Below, one piece after another: positions 25,200 to 37,432 of a stretch of 64,000 nt of DNA. Location of the stretch: assembly GCA_051942205.1 (NCBI GenBank), contig JAVECO010000089.1:1-64000 (forward strand). The letters are read 5' to 3'. The notes below the pieces were generated by a model, which saw only the letters and a program-made list of their open reading frames with translations, ran no database searches and had not been told where the DNA came from. This stretch comes from Coniocarpon cinnabarinum. Its lineage: Eukaryota. A program made the translations under genes and the position numbers. Each line of letters starts with the position of its first letter. Position 1 is the stretch's first letter.

Positions 25200-28112
25200 T
25201 CAGCGCACAAACCTCAATGTTTCGTCAAGAACCGACTCTCCAGTAAGTTCCACAGGGGGGTTACGCCACGATTTTTGATACCATACCTTGGACACCGGCA
25301 GTTCCAGACTAAACTTTGCCGGGATTCCATGCGAAAGATACCTAAGCACTAAGCTCTCCGCCTTCACTTCCGTAGACCTATCTTCCATCTATCTCTCTAT
25401 TTGCTTTTGCAGCTACCAACTCATACTTGGAGCTTCCTCGCCAGTCTGCTGTGTGTTCGAAAGATCATGCATCCCTATCGGCGGCGATCCATCCCCAACA
25501 TCCTCTTGAATAGCACTACTTGGATCGGGCTCAGGCGCAGGCTCAGGCGTAATGAATTCGGGTATTGTTTCACAGCGAAGAACCGAGATTATCTGTCTCA
25601 TCCCTCTTTTTGCCATTGTCTTTGTAGGCACGCGAAATAGGCCGTCCATTCTTTCGAGACTGCACCGCTTAGTTTCTGGGACGAACCTAGATTGACCATT
25701 AACCAGAGTTCGAGATGTTACAACGAAGAGAATATTGAGCTCTCGGCTTACATGGCGACCAGAAAGAAGCCTATAGCGCAGAGGATTGCATAGAAAATGA
25801 AACCTCCCATGGAGCTTGAGTCGTAGAAAGGGGGCCAGCTCATCGCAACCTGTGAGTCAAAGCTCAGCCTGGACGCAATCGATGTAATGGGGATTGTGCG
25901 CTAACCATGAAGTTGAAACCCCAGTAAACCCCAGTGGCAATACCGATGCCTGAATTTGGATCGTTTAGCATGCGTAGCTTGTCATAAACACGGAGCAAGA
26001 GCTCGTTCGGCTTACTCACCCGTATCCCTAACTGGTAGAGGGAAACTCTCCGCAGCATAGACCTATTTTGTGTCAGAATCCAAGAGTTGACCTGGTAAGA
26101 TCATCTCAGGACGCACAAGAGGTATAGGGCCTTCACCTATACTATATGCGGCTGTGAATATGAAGCAGAAGATGATGACTAACGTCGACTGTGTACTATT
26201 GCTGCTGGCGATGTATGAGAGCGCAGTTGCCAAGAAGGTGACAAACATAAATGGAAAAGTAAGTAGTAGCAGTCGCCGACGACCCACAGAGTCGATCAGA
26301 GACAAGGCCACCAAAGACATTCCGAAGTTCACGACACCGATGCCCATTGAATACTGTCCTTCCGGTTAGTGGAAGGACTCATGAAAAGCTGAAGTGAGTT
26401 TACTTACCCGCAGTGATGCGGAGCCTCGCTCCGTAGTGGGTGGCTCGGGACAATCTTGATCGATTGGCTTTTCTCTGAAAAACACCAGGCTGGAGTAGTA
26501 AGCCAAAACGTTCAATCCACAAAGTTGCTGCCAAATCATGACAATGAGCACCGCAAGCATGGCCCGTCGGCACCGTGTGTTTTCCACAAACTTGGTCCAC
26601 TTGCGAAGGGAAATGATACTGGCCATTCGGAATTCTCCGAACCTTGGCTGAGGATGTCTCTCTATACCCCTCCAGACACTGTCAAGCCCCCTCTTCTCTG
26701 CATCTACCATACAATCCATCCTGAACAGGTCACGAGCAGCCTGAAGTCTCGTATGTCGCAAAGTACAAAGGCAGTCGAAAGCCTTGTCATAATATGCTCG
26801 CCGTCTGTTTCGAGCTAGGTTGGCTCCCCTCAGATCGATATGGTCATTGCTTGGAAGGGGGAGCAGAGATGCTTGAAGGATATGCCACCTTGGCGATTCC
26901 GGCTGTGACAGCATCAGGAAGAACAGCACGGCGGCAATGATCATCTACGTTTTCCAATCAGTTCCTACTCGCTAGCAGGATTCAGAGTTCGACCCACTGG
27001 GCTCCCAAGGATTATTCTCCATTTTGATCCCTCAGGCATGTCAGCATACACTGTCTCAGATGCTACGCTTAGCGGCAACTTGTTTCTATACCGTATCATT
27101 GAAAATATAACTGGTGACGAGACCTGCTAAAATGCCAAGCGCATCCCAAAGTTGCCATTGCATGACAAACGCGCCTCTGACAAAATCTGGAACGATCTCT
27201 GCAGCGTATACAGGAATGGTTGCGGTCTTAGGTCCGATTCCAACACCCAAAAGAAGCCGGCATACGAACAGTTGGGGCCAGTTCTGAGCGAAAGCCTGGC
27301 CGAGACAGGAAGCGAACGAGAAAACGCATGTAATGAGTATCGTGCCCCTCCTCCCAAAAGCATTATTCAGGGGCTCCGTAAGACTGGGCGTCTTTATCAG
27401 CAATCTCGCCACCGTGAGGTGCGCTCTTCGCGTTGAGGAGAACGATCGTGGTCGAGGTCACACCCCTTGGAAATACTTACATGATGCAAGAGAAGATGCA
27501 CATTAGGTACGGCGCGCCGTTCAGTAGACCGAGAAGCCAAGTGCGGTCCCCAATGTTAAGATAACATTGATAAAGGAGTTGGGCTAGACATCCGGTCAGC
27601 GAGGGCTCCCGCACGCGAGGAAACGTCTCACCTCCGTTGATGGCTGTTTCGTCCCATCCCTGAATCGCCGCTCCAACCGAGCAACATGCTACCAACGCGT
27701 GAACTGACCATCGCTGGTAGAAGTATTCCTGCAGACTGTATTGGAAGTTTGCCCACGTGCCGTCGCGCCCACCCTTTGATGCCCCCGATCGTTGTGCTGA
27801 AGTGGAATAGGTGTCCAATTCTCTCCTTAGTTCTTCCTTCTCGAACCGTAGAATCTCGTAACGGGGTCCGAAACATGGCTTTCCTTCTTCTCTGGTGGTC
27901 CACTCCACCTCATCTTCGAACGATCTAGGGCCCTGAGCGAGTCTCGCTCCACGGCTGAACAGGTCGGCGAACTCGTATAGCTGACTCCTCTCGAGGAACT
28001 CTCGCACCTTTCGTGCACGGTCCTGCTCGGTCCATCCCCTTGTAAAATCAAAGGCACTTCGCAGCATCTCATCTTCGCGCGCTGAAACGCCTGACCCAGC
28101 CGAATCGTCCAT
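25200..28112 (-). CDS. Divergent MFS sugar-porter family transporter (multi-exon)
   Basis: GAAIQGWDETAING, LNNAFGRRG, RLLLGVGIGPKTATIPVYAAE, RGAFVMQWQLW, PESPRW, QQLCGLNVLAYYS, IDSVGRRRLLL, YSIGEGPIP, FVPETK. The 3' end is either 25413 or 25200, depending on a last intron. Confidence 0.8.
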
Positions 28113-28612
28113 GGCGAACTATCCAGTGCCCGTACAAGAATCACGACGGTAAGAAGATGAATGCCGTTGTGGAGATCTGTCAAATATACTCTACCGACAA
28201 GGCAGTGCAGGTGGCTTGTATTGACAGCTGCAGCTCGCGCCCGCCCGCCCGCACGTTGGCGCAATGTCCTCCCGTGTATCCTGGAGTCAATTAGTGTGGT
28301 CTTCGGTCAATGAGGCAAAAGCTGAGCTGCTTAGCGCCGGGACCTCCAACGGTTGGCAAATTGAGCCGATTGTTCCGCCGGTAAGGCTATTATAGGTTGG
28401 ACATGCCTATTAAGACTGCCTGAGGCTGAAGCGTTTTGCCCCGCACTTGGTACCTTTGCTTGATTCCCTGCAAAACCAGCAGAATCGAATGTCTCCAATG
28501 CAGAGGTCAGCGGGACGTGAGTTCTGCTTTAGCATTCGCGGTCTCAGACTCTAGCCAGTTGGCATCATGGAACCGCCAAAGTTAGTCCTGGCGGCTGAAT
28601 CTATCCTTGAAC

Positions 28613-31600
28613 ATGAACCCGAACCATGAAACGGAGAACTTGTCCATCATCCAGCGCATCTGGGACGATTTGCACCTCGAGAGATCCAACGACATATATT
28701 TTCCTGTTCCTGACGTGAGAGTCCTCTTGCACGACAAGCTCCTACCGTATACGCCACAGGCTTTTGGATACGGGGATGGTCAGCCACCCGAGGATGTGCG
28801 CAACATCTGTGATGCACAATGGCATTATTTAAAATATAGAGATGGCCCGTCGACAGTTACAGGAGGGTCAGTCAATCACGTCAATCCCCTTTCGCACATT
28901 CGGCCGCCTCATATCCATCTCGCCAAGTACACGGACATATACACGGAAACATACACCGACAGGCCTTTGCCTCCCCCTCATAATCGCGGACGCGTGGAAG
29001 CCGTGAAGCTCAAGGGATCCGCTGAAACTTACGCATTGAAGAGACTGGAGAAACCGTATGCATTCGAATATGGACGAGAGAGAAATCCAAGTCACGCACG
29101 GAGAGTAATTGAGGATTTTGGACGGGAAGTTGAGTGCATGTTCAAGATAGATCACCACCACTGCGTTCGCCTGATACAGAGCTTCACAGATCAAGATTGT
29201 CTAGGCATTGTCATGCTTCCATATGCCGAATGCGATTTGCATGAATTCATGAGTGCGTCGGACGAGGCATTCAATATTTGGGGGGGTTGTACCAGGTTTT
29301 CTCGTAGAGAGCACCTCAAAAGCTTTCACGGATGTCTACTCCAAGCTTTTGAACATATTACTTCGAGGAGGATCCATCACCGGGACGTAAAGCCACAAAA
29401 TATTCTTGTCAGCTTCAAGGATAGGGATCCTGTTACCGAGCGTCCTAGACCCAAAGTCTTCGTATGCGATTTTGGCCTTTCAGTCTTACGACTGGATCCT
29501 GAAGCAGACACCTCGAATACTTTTCAAGGTGGGACCTATCGGTACAAGGCTCCCGAGCGACATGCTTACCAAGGACGCCACAATCAGAAGACAGACGTCT
29601 GGTCTTTGGGTTGCATTTTCTTTGAAATACACATGTATCTGCAAGGATGGCTGATCGACGAGCTTCATGATTACATAAAAACGAGGACTGAATCTGGACG
29701 AGAAAGCTATGCTTACATTTTTACCGACATTCCGGTATTATTAGAATGGATGGCCAGAACTAGGAATAGTGAATCAACGCCGCGCGGTCCCTTGGAGCAC
29801 CAGCGCATCGAAATTGTCAAAATAATGGTTAGTGGAAAGGTCCTTAATTCTTCAAAACTTCCCTGTCAATGACTTGGCTCTAGCTACAACAAAACATAAA
29901 TGATCGTCCAACGTTCCGAAACCTAGTAGGACGGATACAACAGAACGAACACCTCACAGCAGCCTGTTGCCGTGAAGCTAGTACTAGTAGTTCAGATCAG
30001 TCTCACCAACTCGAGTCCCAGAATGAATCTTCAGAGCCATCGAGGGATCACCCGGCTTCAGCTGCAATCCAAGACTCAAGGCAAATTATAAGCATAGAAG
30101 TGGAACGTGTTGAGGTGCTCCAGCGCCAGAAGCCAGCCAAGATGTTATCGCATTATTCTGACCTGTCATTTATATCCAAAGACAGGATACAAATGTGCAC
30201 ACTTTCCATCAACAATGTGGAGCTAAGAGAGCCTTGGCAGCTCACACGTCGCATCTCTGTTAACGACCATGTCTTTTGTAGGTACACGGGATGATTCTGG
30301 GCTTGTTTTGCAGCTGACTTCGATATTTGAGGGTTGCCGTACTCTTCTGTGGAGGTTTCAGATGCCTCTTCTTCCACCTATGAAATTCGATGGTCGGATT
30401 GCCTGCAATACACTGAAGCTTATGCAGAAGAACTCAGTACGCATCCTTAACGCCATGCAAATCTTCGAGCGCTAATCTCTGTGTCACAGATACGCCTGGT
30501 CTAAAATACAAATGGGTGTGTGGTGAATCATATTTGCCGGTATTCAGTAGACGCTACTTCTGACACTATACTAGGAGCATCTACCAGAATGGCCAAATAG
30601 GCGCCTGAAAATCCGATTCAAAGATTCAATAGGTCAGCCACATTAAATCAGCGCATTGTAGGACATTGCAGCTGATGGAAGAAAAAGATGCTGCAAGCTT
30701 TGATAAAAAGCTTACGACATACCCCACTGCATCAGAGCCAATCTCTCCGCATCTTCTGACTAACCAATCTGAGAAGAACGTATTAGTCTACAAGGAAGAC
30801 CTTAGCTACACTGGTGTGTCAGGCTTCAATCACTCCATCCACCGAAGTGTCGTCTATATTGATGAGCGGCAGCATCTTCGACGCATCCACCTCATTTTCG
30901 TGCCTGATGTCGTAGACATGGAACCTGGAAATGTCCACGCAAGCACGAACGACGAAACATCGCTACAGCTGAAGGAAGTCTTCAGACCACAGTACCAGTC
31001 TAATCATCCAAACGACACCCAGGCATGTGCGGACCCAAGTTTCGTCAAGCCTGCTGATCCAACTTTACGGTCATCAGACTTCATCCTCGAATTCACTCGC
31101 GAAAGACGCATTATGTGTAATTTTCTGCAAATTCTAAGTCGGGATGGATGGGAGTGTAGGTTCTATGGCAATTTCCAGCAATTGTCTTGTCAAGCCGTGC
31201 CAAGAGGTCTGAGTTGGACCAAGAAAGCGCGGTCAGGCTTGTTTATGATTTGGTTCATGCCCGGGCGTGGACATTTGAGGTATTTCTTTCGACTTGGAAT
31301 ATCGGACTTTCAGAGATTTGGATATCCGTGGCTAATGGTCAAAGGTTTGTCAGCCTACCACATGTAGATGACTTTCTGACACGATTCTTCAGGTCCTTTG
31401 AGAGCGATGGATTATGAGCTCCTGCAAAGCAAAATCCAGTTCCAATCACCCGAATGCTGGAAGGGTCATCTGCTTCAGCTTTTCCCAGATCCGAAGCCTG
31501 TTAGAAGGACCAAGAATTGTGGTCCTAATGCAACTTTTAGTCTGGCGGAGAAAGATCCCAGGACATATACTTGGAAGATCACACTGAATGATCGCGACCA

Positions 31601-31637
31601 GCGCAACGATGTCGCGAACGTGTTCTTGCGATCATGA
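28613..31637 (+). CDS. Ser/Thr protein kinase with an uncharacterised C-terminal extension (multi-exon)
   Basis: YALKRL (beta3 Lys), FGREVECM (alphaC Glu), HHRDVKPQNIL, CDFGLS, GTYRYKAPE, DVWSLGCIF. Intron 29828-29883 continues LQQNINDRPT, and further exons run to TGA at 31637. The start may lie upstream (~28489). Confidence 0.8.
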
Positions 31638-32336
31638 CCGGACCTACTAGATTTCCTTCCGTTTCGCTTTAGTGAAGCACAACAGTTTCTACACGACGAC
31701 GTTTCTTGAGTCTAATAATGAAACATCGAAGAGGCGTACCTCAGCTTCTATCATGTTATGAGACGGGAAAGACACAATTTTCAAAGGCGCAGCCCGGAGC
31801 TAGATAGTTAGCTCCATATCCTGACTTTTACATGGGAGAACATGATGACACATACCTACTACTGAAAATGTGCCCAAGCATTCTGAATCGGATGCTAATT
31901 GTGCATGTGCTAGAAGCTGTGTACTTGATTGACGAGGATAGCAAACCCTCATGAGCACCAATGTTTGATGTCTTTTCGAGAGCCTACAGTCAGTCTAAGT
32001 GAGTCGCAAGCTGCCAAAATGCAGTGTCCTTCTCAGGGCCCTCTGACACATACAATCGGCTCGCTGAAAGTATACACCATATGTTCCAAGCAGATACCCG
32101 GTCTACGGTCTGTTCTGCACGAATCGACACCCTCTGGCCATTGCCGCCACCTTTATTCGTGCTTAATCACGGAGTGACCCGATAATGTTTTTAGAATACG
32201 GATATTCGTGACTTTCTTCAGTTTGATGCATTTCTCGCGGTATTGACAACACTTGGACACTTTGCACTGCGCTCTTCTGTTAAGCTGTGAGTAGCCGCGC
32301 ATAGCAGTCATATTAAACTCAGAAACCACGCAAAGC

Positions 32337-35300
32337 CTAGCTTAGAGCCGTGCAACATCCACGCAGTCGATCGACCACGCATATTTTGAAGTCCGTGAGG
32401 ATGGACATGTGCTCATTGAACCCGTATGTTGAAACCTTATGACCTCCGCTCTCGAGACAGGTCTCCACGATTCCGCGGTAAGCTGACCCCATGACATATT
32501 CGAGTTCTTCCATGACCGCGTTATCCGTGGGCGGCGTGAGTGCGGAAACCTGTAATCTTTGGCATATAACAGGATATAGTTCGGAGCAACCGATCTCAAG
32601 CAATAACAGTCCCAACGCATAGTGGTCAAATGCTATCTTGAAGTCTTCAGATCTCGTTCGATAAGCATGATGCTGGTAGTAGCTGTATAGTATGTATCAG
32701 TTGAAGACGTTTCCAAGAAAGAATCAAGAACTTGAAGACAACTTATACTAAGCATGAAACGAAGGTTGTTGAGTCGCTGCGTAGCGTGCGACCTACGTGA
32801 ACTGAATGACGAGAAACACAACTTGAATCAGGAGCTCACCTTCGATTGGTACCACTGCCGTCTGTGTCATAGTCCTGAACATCGGCACGACTGCCTGCAA
32901 AGCCCACGAGAAAAAAATTTTGGACATGAACTTTCTTCTGATCCCGCTGGGATTGGTTGTGAAATAGAACGACGTTCATGGCGGATATTCGACGATGCAG
33001 CCAACTCAATGTGTGCAAGTGATACAAAGTGGACGCAAGAGTTTCTGCCAGCTGAAATTTGTCATCGAATCTCATACGAGTCTTACCCTCGCCTTCGGAC
33101 AGCATGCTCTCGAGGGTGGTCCAGTGCCGGAAGTCTGCCTGGTTATTCCGTGGGAACTGATAAACGAGGCCTAACCGTGTCAGAGACTTTGAACCTTGGT
33201 TGGACTCGCGTTGAAGCGATGCTGAGGAAAAGAAAAGTCCAGGATCGATGCAGCTGAGAACACGCATGTTGCCCATCGCCGCTGCCTGTTTCAGTTGTTT
33301 GGCTATGTTTTCGAGACGCGTAAGTCGTTTGTATAGGCTCATCCGAGTGTCCAGGTTATCCAGTCGCTCTAGCACCATTTCCTCAGCCAAGCCAAAAACA
33401 TTGCCAGTACCCACAGGATTTGGGAGTTCACATTCTATAAGATTATCAGAGCGACTGAGTTCTTCCATGTTCTCCCATTCGATGAAAGACTGAAATTCAC
33501 GCTTGGTTCCCTTGCGCGACTGCTGCAGCCCTTTCAGTCTTAACGAGATCATTTGTTGAGTGAGAGCATCTCTCTGTGACTCTTCACGCCATCCAGCGCG
33601 AGGTTGAGCTTCTCTAGCAACCGCTGCATACAATTTGTCGAGGTCATCCTCGATATTATTGGCCAAAAGCTCTCTTTCGGCATGGTCACGGGCTTGTGAC
33701 GCTTGTGCATCACTCAAATGTGACATAAGTTGGTCAATGCGTAATCGCAAAGGCTGCAGCTTCACGTCGTGATTGCGGGACTTGCCATTTTTGGGACTAG
33801 CCAAGCGTCGCAGCCCCCTTAATTGTTCAACGAGACTTTCAAAATCCTCAATTGGCATATCTTTCCGTGTCGTAGAAGGACCCGTTCTGCTAGGCAAAGA
33901 CTCCAGTTCCACAACGTATTTCCAGCCTTGAAATCTGAGACACTCCCAGTAAGCGTTCATAGTCCCTCTTTGTTTGTAGATTTTAACGAGCTCCTCTTGG
34001 ATCAACTCGCACCAAAGTGAAATCGTGAGACGTTGTAGTTGGCAAGAGACAACTTCGGCCGACGGACGCGATGTTTGCTCGAGTGACAGCATTTGTTCGA
34101 CGATCAGACTAATCCTGTAAGAGCAGGATGTACGCGAGTCGGAGTCAGTCATGCGTTTCAGGATGCCATGAACTGTGGGGTTCAGTATCTTCTCGCGCCC
34201 ATTTTCTTGAAAGAAACAGCCGAAGGTGACGCTGCCATATTCTCTGCTCAGGTCGTTCTCAAAAAGTACAAGAGCATTTTGGCCGTTCTGTCGATACATC
34301 AAGACCTTTAAAAAGATGCACCCTAAGGCCCACACGTCACTGCTGCGTCGCGCTCTTTCGGGTGTAAAGGTCTGCAAGTGGTAGCATTCAGGTGCCTGAT
34401 AGTTCTTGGGCATTATCTCCGGTTGGCTGGTGTCAGAGGTACTTTCACCTTTCCTTATCCTACTTAAACCAAGATCAGCAAGAATCAAGCTACCCTCATG
34501 GATCAATATGTTGGCAGGCTTCAGGTCTCGGTGGCACCCGATCATTTTTACGGAATCGGTTTGCAACGTATGCAATGTCGCAATCGCCGATACGAGCCCT
34601 TCTAGCGCAAAGACGAACTCTGCATCTTCAACTGTCCAAGGGAAAGGATTGATTGTCTTCGAGTTGGAGTGACCAAGATGATCTATCAGCTCCCACGAGC
34701 CGGTGCCATGCAATACCCTCTCGAGATCATCCCCGTCTGCCAGGGGAAACACCAGGTTTAATTCGTCACGGTGCACATAGGCGGCTTTTGGTTTGAGGAT
34801 GTGAGGATGGTTTGCCGATGAGAGCACCATGAGGTTTCTCAATTCGATCAAATAGTCTTGAGGTGCGGTTGATGTAGGATGGAAGCGTTTCCTTACATAC
34901 TACATGTCACCAAAAAGTTTAGAGGAGCAGCCATTGTTTTGACAATGAATTGACTCACGTGACCTTCAGATGCCTCGTTGGGCATCTTGTATTGGAATTT
35001 ACGCACATCGCCAAAGGAGCCCTGTCGAGACGTATCATCACCCAAGCCTCGCAGTGGCAGAATCGCGTGATCCGGATAGAATTTTGGATAAAGTGAGCCA
35101 AGGCTTAAGTCGTTTTCGATGAAGTGGTGCTGATGCTTCAAGATACGATTCACCTCTCTTTGAGGAATTTCCTTAAACATGCCCTGGTCAAAGTATTTCT
35201 GTGAGAGCGGCAAATGATCTCGACTTTTTGGAAGGATGAATCTGGTTATCCACTCGCTCAAGTCCAGATCGACCAATATCGTGAAGACCAGCTTGTGAAA

Positions 35301-35588
35301 GAGAGTGCTCTGAATCTCTTCAGTGAGGGACTGCGATGCCAGTCGATCTTGGTCTGAGTCACTATAGACTCTCCTTGGTTTGACCAGTTGGAGGATCCGG
35401 TCGATACGCTCACGAGTCATGAAAGCTTGAACTTCCTTCAGCGGTATCCACCATTGCCCGTCGATATTGAGAACTCTTCTCTTCTTCAAGAGATCTTTCA
35501 TGCTCGTGAGGTCCACGAGCACCTCTGGCTGGGCCATTTGTCGTGACCGACTGCGCGAAGAGGCTGATGGGAAAATCTTACCAAGCAT
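32337..35588 (-). CDS. Kinase - helical linker - kinase-like (pseudokinase) fusion protein, 3 exons
   Basis: Domain 1: RQGSFGDV, spliced H|YVRKRF, IELRNL, HRDLKPANIL, ADLGLS, YQAPE, DVWALGCIF. Domain 2: KFQLAETLASTLYHLHTLSWLHRRISAMNVVLF..FLVGFAGSR..YYQHHAY..FDHYALGLLLLEIG. Confidence 0.82.
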
Positions 35589-35778
35589 GGTACCACAAGA
35601 CAACGCAGAGGAACGCCAGAATTTGTTTCGAGGCGCGACTATGTACTTGTTCCTCCTTTTGCTCGCACATCGGATACAATGAAGGACCAGAGCAGGTCAC
35701 TGAGAAGCATGGCTCTCTGAAGCTTGATCATCGGGGCAAGAAGCTTCAGAGCAGGGCGAGGCAGATTCAGGAGCAGGG

Positions 35779-37367
35779 ATGGATTTACCGACAGCGAACG
35801 TCGCTGAAGAATTTCTTAACTGGGTCGGTCGGGACACTACGAGTGCAGCTATCGATTGGCCCACGAATCTTGGAGGGGACATAAAGCAGGGAAGAGACTG
35901 GAGGATATGCGACGCTGCGTGCGGTTCAGCTGAGACATACAGCAGCCTTGCGGGCACTTGACGGGGCCTTCCGCATAGTGGTACTTATCGTGGCAGTGCT
36001 CGAGCTGATCCAACTCAGAATCCAAGTTTGCTTATAGGCTCAAGTCTTAGTGCGAAATATGAGTTTGTTCGATTTTACCCTACAATAGTGAGAGCGCATA
36101 TCTTGGCCAGTTCTGTCTATTCTTGCGTCCTTGCCAACTATGAGGGAGAAGATGCGAGACGACCCACAGAACAGCGTGTTGATTATTTCGATACCGCCAC
36201 CCTGCCAGGCTTGATTTCGTGGCCCTCTGTCGCCCGATTGCCCCTCACAACTTACCTGTTCTGGGTTCTCTTCTTTGAGGCCAAAAATCACGTGATCATA
36301 GTGATCACCAATGAGGGAGATCATCTCTTAGAAGATTTCAAAGTGCAAGGCTCTACTGTAATTGGGCGCCACGCGCCAGAGCACAGAGAAGACGACCGCA
36401 GATCGTCTGGTACTACCTGTCTATTGCTATATTCAGTTTGGTGATTTACGCCTTTTTTTTTTCCAGATTCCAAGGTATCTTGCAGCCTTTTCAAAGTCAC
36501 GGAGTAGGGGTGATCTCAAGCTATTTCAACGTGCCTTCCAAAAATTCTAACTCGCAACCCGTCACAGAAATAAGGTCGACTCTTTCCTGATATCTCCGGA
36601 AGCGCTGACGAGCTGCCAATCGTTTGAGCCATGTTGCACGTCTAATGAAGTCAGGCGTCTCCTCGGGAACTGCGTCGTTGAATCAGTCTTATCACTTTCC
36701 ACTTTCAGGGCCAGAAACCTGGTCGGTGCTCTTATTGTTTAGGTCTAGGTGACAAGGCTTGCCTAGTGAAGTTTGAAGTGCGCCCAGCATGACACGATGC
36801 GCATTCTTGACTACATAGATAGCTATCACGAAAGCCGACCATGGAACGGCAAAGTTTGAGGGCGGGTCTGTGCTCCACGAAAATACAACGCTGTAAGCTA
36901 GACGATCGCATAAGTGCTCTAAGGCGCGTCTCGGGCTTAGCTTTCGTGGTGCTAGCGATCGCATCTGGACTAGGCCTGGGCAAGGAAGTCAAAGCAGGAC
37001 CGATTCTGTTTAGAAGTAAGGCGGGACTGGTACTACAATTAATTTCGTACAGAGTGTCATCTGTAAATCCTATGACTCTCCTGCCTTTGTGGAATGGACC
37101 ACTTTCAGACTCATCCTCCAGGATGACAATTTCAAGACCACGCGAGCCCTGTTCGTGTGCTTGTGCATGGGTTTAGGGCTCTTTCAGTCAATCAATGGCC
37201 TGTCCTCACGATACACAAGGATAGCCACAACGAGTACAAACGCGTCCGCTTCTCAATTTTTCCCTTCATTAGCGACCAGTACCCACCAATTCAGCGAGCT
37301 CCGCAGTCGTAGGACACGACGAACAGCCTTTGCTCCTTGGATTCCACTGAACTCACGAGCGCGCTAG
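35779..37367 (+). other. Fragmented coding-like region: unresolved multi-exon gene or pseudogene
   Basis: Several same-strand ORFs (35779, 36028, 36841, 37089) with hydrophobic segments and splice-like signals. I could not build a continuous model. Confidence 0.3.
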
Positions 37368-37432
37368 AAGTCGGTCGAGTTCACAACAGTCGCAGTAGAG
37401 GATTATCAAGACATTGAAAGTTTCACTGAGAC

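Noticed and set aside
17400..37400. Starship or other intact giant transposon carrying the accessory block
   Set aside because: I found no tyrosine-recombinase captain, transposase ORF or terminal repeats. Only a degenerate relic is visible.
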